Shown here in pieces: positions 59,701-64,000 of a stretch of DNA of 64,000 nucleotides. The stretch is from Bdellovibrionales bacterium. Its GTDB lineage: Bacteria > Bdellovibrionota > Bdellovibrionia > Bdellovibrionales > UBA1609. The stretch lies in assembly GCA_965199825.1 (NCBI GenBank), contig OZ241329.1, positions 1,888,001 to 1,952,000 of the forward strand, written 5' to 3'. The notes below the pieces were generated by a model that worked only from the letters and a program-made list of their open reading frames with translations, ran no database searches and was not told where the DNA came from. A program made the translations under genes and the position numbers. Positions within the stretch are counted from its first letter, which is position 1; the number at the start of each line of letters is the position of its first letter.

Positions 59701-60344
59701 AAGATCTGAAAGCGCGCATCGCAAAAATTGGCGACGTTAATCTTTCGGCCATTCAGGAATACGATGAACTGCAAGTCCGATTCGATTTTTTAAATCAGCA
59801 GTATTCTGATTTGACCGAGAGCAAGGATCAGCTCCGAAAAGTGATCGACCGAATCAACCGCATTTGCTCGAAGCGATTTAAAGAAACATTTGAACTTGTG
59901 AATGAACGCTTTACAAGAGTGTTCCCGGTCTTGTTCGGCGGCGGCGAGGCCCGACTGCTGTTGATTGAGGACCCTGAAAAAGACGAGCTCGGAATCGACA
60001 TTGTTGCAAAACCCCCGGGTAAAAAACTTCAAAGCGTCTCGCTTTTGTCGGGTGGTGAAAAAGCGCTGACAGCGGTCTCGCTGATCTTTTCGATCTTTCT
60101 TGTAAAGCCTTCTCCATTTTGCTTGCTCGATGAGGTGGATGCCCCCTTAGACGATGCCAATGTGTCTCGATTTAATGATTTGGTTAAAGAGATGGCCAAA
60201 CGCTCTCAAATCATTGTGGTCACACACAATAAGCACACGATGAAGGTAAACAATATCCTCTACGGTGTAACTATGGAAGAAAAGGGTGTTTCCAAAATGG
60301 TATCAGTGAACCTCTCGCAGGCCGAAGAGGTTATTGCCAGTTAG
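56763..60344 (+). CDS. smc: Chromosome segregation protein SMC
   Basis: GFKSF, GPNGCGKSN, coiled coils with hinge, LSGGEK, LDEVDAPLD. Confidence 0.98.
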   Translation: MRIKKLEIIGFKSFKDKTVIQFDHGITGIVGPNGCGKSNIVDALVWVMGEMSAKHLRGSSMEDVIFAGAENYAPMGMCEVSLTLENDGGAFPAKYLRFTEIMLTRKLHRSGESEYFVNKEPARLKDIQEVFMDTGAGSKGFSIIEQGAIGKIITAKPEDRRTLIEEAAGITKFKARKRESQRKLESTDQNLVRLQDILGEQKRQLDSLERQKQRAERFRTLRTQIQEKEILSSSKSYLLLKDEVVELESNLQRLIDNENELSVSQNQRENEIQTLRLDVLEHEKQADERGSAQSILLNTVQGLENEIRELKFEMEQARRNREMTGSLLGQYEARKLALEEDLRQTEDRYQLISEELNSSRALFDERNQILIEAHSEIQHLDQDLTLKRREMIALSQSESQLDARSQLLSAQTEMQSEQLESNLKISAELSAQKDEFHQRRHRIFNELESERQMQLDIMRDVENFEQNLNLLEQQLMSRTSEVETFKDTLNQVCSRLYGLENLQSSFEGFEDGVKNVMLWQRSRGESEMKPMAEVLEVPEEYELAMEGALGSRLQLLLSQKSETALHAVDYLKEKKIGRSSFISQDLSGGTQSLSMSENIKSAHGVTALLMDVVKVPEAYESQVKSFVQNVAVVDSIRSALNLRSQHQGWTFVTMEGDALSNEGVLTGGTAESASSGVIQRRREIKELTLKRNEAEGKLALAQAALKKLSDQVQTMSEELENSRKKNNEKEIRVMSLQKDLDRAENELRNATVAVERSEAEISRLTAQKMKTEDDFAELTERLEDIRTKKTLFETDTQDLDIRLKDSRSGIESLQTEVTDLKVKVAKRNQELEGLQLQLDMLNKSFGEVTHQLSQMSSESQKSGEVLSTHQILIGQKQVQLESKIVETDAAKKLFNQSRDLFETTSADLRSLESEMTHAMMNLGDTRSQKNDTQFKLEQLKMKEQYLETQIHERYMIQLSDVVEQYREQDADLEILEQELQDLKARIAKIGDVNLSAIQEYDELQVRFDFLNQQYSDLTESKDQLRKVIDRINRICSKRFKETFELVNERFTRVFPVLFGGGEARLLLIEDPEKDELGIDIVAKPPGKKLQSVSLLSGGEKALTAVSLIFSIFLVKPSPFCLLDEVDAPLDDANVSRFNDLVKEMAKRSQIIVVTHNKHTMKVNNILYGVTMEEKGVSKMVSVNLSQAEEVIAS

Positions 60345-60417
60345 GAAAATAAATTCAACAGCGAAGTCAAACAAAATTTGGATAGTGTGAGTTGTCAGAG
60401 TGTGCTAGATACACGCG

Positions 60418-60996
60418 ATGCGCGTTTTCTTTTTATTATTAATTTTGTCTTTGCCCTCATGGGCACAAAACAATTCCAATGAAACTAATATTTGCCAGTA
60501 TTTATTAAATAATAGTTTGCAGACGCGTGCGTATGCAATTGCCCGCCAACTCCAGCCCAAATTGATTCCAAACCGGCCGGTAATTCTTGAGTCCTATGTC
60601 AATCAGGTCGATCGGTTTTATAGATTGCAGGTCACCTACAGGCAGAGCGATGTAACAGAAGTATTTGATGTCTACACGCATGGGCCAACCTTAAAGTACG
60701 AACTGATAAAACCAGGGGACGAAAAAAAGATTCAAGAAATGGCAGAGGCCAAAAGTGATAACGAAACATTCTTGAGTCTTTTTAGAGACCGTGGACCTAC
60801 TCCCAAACTCCCTGAGGGTGCGGTGCTCTTGGATTGTTATGTGGCTGAGTTTTTGGGCGATCCACCGATCGGTGCAAAAAGATTCTCGATCAAGATTAGT
60901 TATCGTTATCGCATGCCTGATGGATCGATTCATCAAGACACCAGCTCGCCATTTAAGGTTGAGCGATCTGTTGACCAGACCGTTTTCGCCAAATAA
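60418..60996 (+). CDS. Secreted hypothetical protein
   Basis: Signal peptide ending SWA, then a CQYLL motif; sits between smc and ftsY. Confidence 0.7.
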   Translation: MRVFFLLLILSLPSWAQNNSNETNICQYLLNNSLQTRAYAIARQLQPKLIPNRPVILESYVNQVDRFYRLQVTYRQSDVTEVFDVYTHGPTLKYELIKPGDEKKIQEMAEAKSDNETFLSLFRDRGPTPKLPEGAVLLDCYVAEFLGDPPIGAKRFSIKISYRYRMPDGSIHQDTSSPFKVERSVDQTVFAK

Positions 60997-61004
60997 AAAG
61001 TTTT

Positions 61005-62072
61005 ATGGACACTCATGATCTCACTTCGGTCGAATCGGTATTTATTGTCGTGGCGTTTATCGTCACTGGTTTTTTACTCGCAATATTTTATTATGTGCTT
61101 CGGTTTTATATGCATACCGACGGCACCGAAGTTCAAACTGAACAACCGCCGGCACTCCCAAAAATTGACCCTTTTGAAAAAACCAGAGCCCATCTGTGGG
61201 GTCGGTTAAAAACTATTTTCGATCAGCCACTCGAAAAGCAGCAGGCCTTTGAACAACTCGAAGAGGTTTTGCTCACCAGCGATCTTGGGCCCAAAACGGT
61301 GATGCGTCTGAGTCAAAGTTTGGATCAGGAACTTTCGGGTCAGCAAAAAAAAGATCCAGCTGTAATTCGCGAAGCACTTAAAATTCAGATGCTGCAATTG
61401 CTCGATCAAAACAAAACGAGCACCTCATTAGAACAAACTTTTTTGCAGCTGATTAAAAGTAAGCCAACAGTCATTTTGATTGTGGGAGTCAATGGTGCGG
61501 GTAAAACCACAACAATCGGAAAACTTGCCCAAGGATTTTCTAAGGCACAAAAAACGGTGATGGTTGTGGCCGGCGACACCTTTCGAGCTGCGGCTCAAAG
61601 CCAGCTTCAAGTGTGGGCCGAGAGATCAAATGTTGAGATCTTTTCTCCTCCAAACGTTACCGATCCAGCGGCGGTCGCCTTTCAAGGAGTGACCAAGGCA
61701 ATCGCAAATCAAACCGACGTGGTGATTATCGACACCGCGGGGCGCCTTCATACCCAGAGTCATCTGATGGATGAGCTCAAAAAAGTAAAACGGGTGATCG
61801 CCAAAATTAATTCTACGTTTCCTGATGAGACGGTCTTGGTTCTTGATGCCAACTCTGGTCAAAACGCAATCAAACAGGCCGAGATGTTTGACCAGGCATT
61901 GGGTGTAACAAAAATCATTTTAACCAAACTCGATGGCACCGCCAAAGGCGGAGTGGTGTTTGGCTTAAGCTATGAGCGTAAAATTCCAATCTTGTTTTTG
62001 GGCGTGGGTGAAAAGGGCGATGATCTTAAAGTGTTTGATGCAACAGAATTTGTTGATTCAATTTTAAAATAA
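61005..62072 (+). CDS. ftsY: SRP receptor FtsY with N-terminal TM segment
   Basis: GVNGAGKTTT, DTFRAAA, DTAGRL, TKLDGTAKGG. Confidence 0.97.
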   Translation: MDTHDLTSVESVFIVVAFIVTGFLLAIFYYVLRFYMHTDGTEVQTEQPPALPKIDPFEKTRAHLWGRLKTIFDQPLEKQQAFEQLEEVLLTSDLGPKTVMRLSQSLDQELSGQQKKDPAVIREALKIQMLQLLDQNKTSTSLEQTFLQLIKSKPTVILIVGVNGAGKTTTIGKLAQGFSKAQKTVMVVAGDTFRAAAQSQLQVWAERSNVEIFSPPNVTDPAAVAFQGVTKAIANQTDVVIIDTAGRLHTQSHLMDELKKVKRVIAKINSTFPDETVLVLDANSGQNAIKQAEMFDQALGVTKIILTKLDGTAKGGVVFGLSYERKIPILFLGVGEKGDDLKVFDATEFVDSILK

Positions 62073-62085
62073 ATTGCTATAGACT

Positions 62086-63726
62086 TTGAGTGTGGGGGCA
62101 CATTCTTCTTTTTTTACAATTTTCGGCGGCGTTTGCGTTTTTATTTTTGGACTCTCCATTGCGAGTGACAATCTTCAAAAGCTCGCCTCAAATCGCACTC
62201 GCGAATTGATCAATCGCTTAACCCGTAATCGGTTGAGCAGTTTTCTATTAGGAATCGTTCTCACTGTTTTGATGCAAAGTTCGGCGGCGGTCACAAGTTT
62301 GTTTGTGGGCTTGGGCACGGCAGGTGTGGTCATTCTCGAGCAAGTCATTCCGATTATCTTAGGCGCAACAGTAGGAACAACACTGACCGTTCAACTTTTA
62401 AGTTTGAATGTGGCGCAATATGGTTTGCCCTTATTTGCTGCCTCTTTTCCGATTTATTTTTTGAGTACTCGTCGAGCCTTAAGACAGGTGATGAGTGTGA
62501 TGATGGGTTTTGGTTTGGTGTTTTGGGGGCTTGAGATGATTGCCCTTTCTACCGATCACCTCAGAGATCACGAGCTATTTTTAAATGCGATCGGCATGCT
62601 CAAAGAAAGTCCACTGGTCACAGTGGCATTGACCGCATTTTTAACCGCACTTTTAAATAGCAGCTCGGCCACAATTGGATTCGCGATGACTCTCGCAGGA
62701 ACGGGTGTGATCACCGGACTTGATGCGGCTTATTGGGTGCTCGGAGCAAACATCGGAACAACCGCAACCGCATTGATCGCGGCAACCGGTTCGAATTCCT
62801 TAGGACGGCAAATTGCTTGGGCCCATTGCTTTTACAAAATAGGGGCAGCCATTTTATTTTTTCCCTTTGCTCCTTATCTTACCGAATTATTTCAAGCAGG
62901 GGGTCCGGCACGAGCGGTCGCAAACTTTCACACCGCTCTGAATGTTATCGCGGCTTTGCTATTTTTCCCGTTCACCAATTACGGTGCGCGTTTTGTGCGA
63001 TTTCTTTTGCCTCAGTTGGCGTTTGAAAAAGAATTTTCGGTGGCTTATTTGCGCACAGGCGAATGGGATTCGCCTTCGGTGGCGTTAGCTCAGGCTGAAC
63101 GTGAAGCATTAAGAATGGCCGATATTGTTTTGACGATGCTTCGCGATGCGCTCGATTTATTTCGTAATGAAAATGTTGAACTCGAAACCAGTATTCGTGA
63201 GCGCGATGACCGGGTGGATTTGCTCAATCGAGAAATCGCACTCTTTATCACCGAACATATGGAAGGGGCCTCAGGCGAGCCGCTCCGAAATATGATGACG
63301 ATATTAAATTTTGCTGCCGATCTTGAAAGTGCTGCAGACGTGATCGACAACAATTTTTTAGACCTCTCACGAAAAAAACACGCACTGAAAGTCGATTTTA
63401 GTCAGCAAGGTTGGAAAGAATTGGTCGAACTCAACCATGCGGTGATTCATGTGGCTCAACTCTCGATCAGTTGTTTTCAAAGACATGACAAAGACATTGC
63501 CTCTCAAGTTGTTTTTCACAAACGCAACATTCGCAAACTCGAAAAGAGACTGAGAGAATCCCACATTGATCGGCTTGTTCACAGACAAGCAGACACACTC
63601 AACACGACTTCAATCCATATTGATTTACTCGGTGAGTACCGGCGTTTTGTCGGGCTTTTGGCAAATCATTGCTACTCTTATCTCAAAGAGACCGATGGCT
63701 ATCATGTTTTGCCGCGCAGGGAGTAA
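62086..63726 (+). CDS. Na+/Pi cotransporter family protein with PhoU-like C-terminus
   Basis: QSSAAVT, GATVGTT, NSSSAT, GANIGTT repeats; helical C-terminal domain. Confidence 0.92.
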   Translation: MSVGAHSSFFTIFGGVCVFIFGLSIASDNLQKLASNRTRELINRLTRNRLSSFLLGIVLTVLMQSSAAVTSLFVGLGTAGVVILEQVIPIILGATVGTTLTVQLLSLNVAQYGLPLFAASFPIYFLSTRRALRQVMSVMMGFGLVFWGLEMIALSTDHLRDHELFLNAIGMLKESPLVTVALTAFLTALLNSSSATIGFAMTLAGTGVITGLDAAYWVLGANIGTTATALIAATGSNSLGRQIAWAHCFYKIGAAILFFPFAPYLTELFQAGGPARAVANFHTALNVIAALLFFPFTNYGARFVRFLLPQLAFEKEFSVAYLRTGEWDSPSVALAQAEREALRMADIVLTMLRDALDLFRNENVELETSIRERDDRVDLLNREIALFITEHMEGASGEPLRNMMTILNFAADLESAADVIDNNFLDLSRKKHALKVDFSQQGWKELVELNHAVIHVAQLSISCFQRHDKDIASQVVFHKRNIRKLEKRLRESHIDRLVHRQADTLNTTSIHIDLLGEYRRFVGLLANHCYSYLKETDGYHVLPRRE

Positions 63727-63801
63727 AAAACCGTTTCTATCTGATGGGGTTTTTAGGTAAGTTAACTTTTTAGCGGAAACTCCAGATATCAGAAAGATTT
63801 T

Positions 63802-64000
63802 ATGCCGCCCGACATCTTACAAAATAAAACGACTTACGAGGTCCAGATTGCGGGATTGCCTCTGAAGTTGCGTTCATCGCATGATGCGCAAACCGTCAGA
63901 GAGCTTGTAAGTATTGTCGATGGCAAAGTTAAAGAAGTTTTGGATACAAATTCTCATATTTCCTTTCAGAAAGCCGTATTGCTCGTCACACTTCATTTTG
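63802..64000 (+). CDS. zapA: Cell division protein ZapA (partial, runs off the window)
   Basis: MPPDILQNKTTYEVQIAGLPLKLRSSHDAQTVRELVSIVDGKVKEV..KAVLLVTLH. Confidence 0.75.
   Translation, partial: MPPDILQNKTTYEVQIAGLPLKLRSSHDAQTVRELVSIVDGKVKEVLDTNSHISFQKAVLLVTLHF

Noticed and set aside
56763..60344. SMC as a Wadjet/MksB defence component
   Set aside because: Canonical full-length SMC in the housekeeping smc-ftsY context with no jetABD neighbours

Overview
Core-chromosome window of about 55 CDS from a Gram-negative bacterium. Gene content and order suggest Bdellovibrionota (Bdellovibrio-like); this is an inference. Housekeeping blocks are ychF-pth-rplY-prs-rdgB-rph-amidase, cbs, feoAB-ampG, a biotin operon, degQ/htpX-like, a moxR-DUF58-bat operon with two lytic transglycosylases, mrp, and glyQS-ppdK-smc-ftsY-nptA-zapA. 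Between them lie orphan secreted proteins, a two-component cluster around tRNA-Gln(TTG), and one IS1-like element with 18-bp perfect terminal inverted repeats. The most notable observations are: (1) a ferritin-like diiron protein (BioE-like) inside a bioBFD-x-A operon that lacks bioC/bioH/bioW/bioI; (2) several unrelated orphan proteins sharing a short C-x-x-[LFIA]-L motif, mostly just after the signal peptide, a candidate export or targeting tag; (3) four sigma-54 promoters, one driving a candidate ~53-nt sRNA with a C-rich loop and one inside the IS element in front of a nearly leaderless transposase; (4) an unannotated 52-aa secreted peptide with a C-rich 3' UTR. No CRISPR array, rRNA, integrase or reverse transcriptase was seen. 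All calls come from reading the sequence, without database searches.
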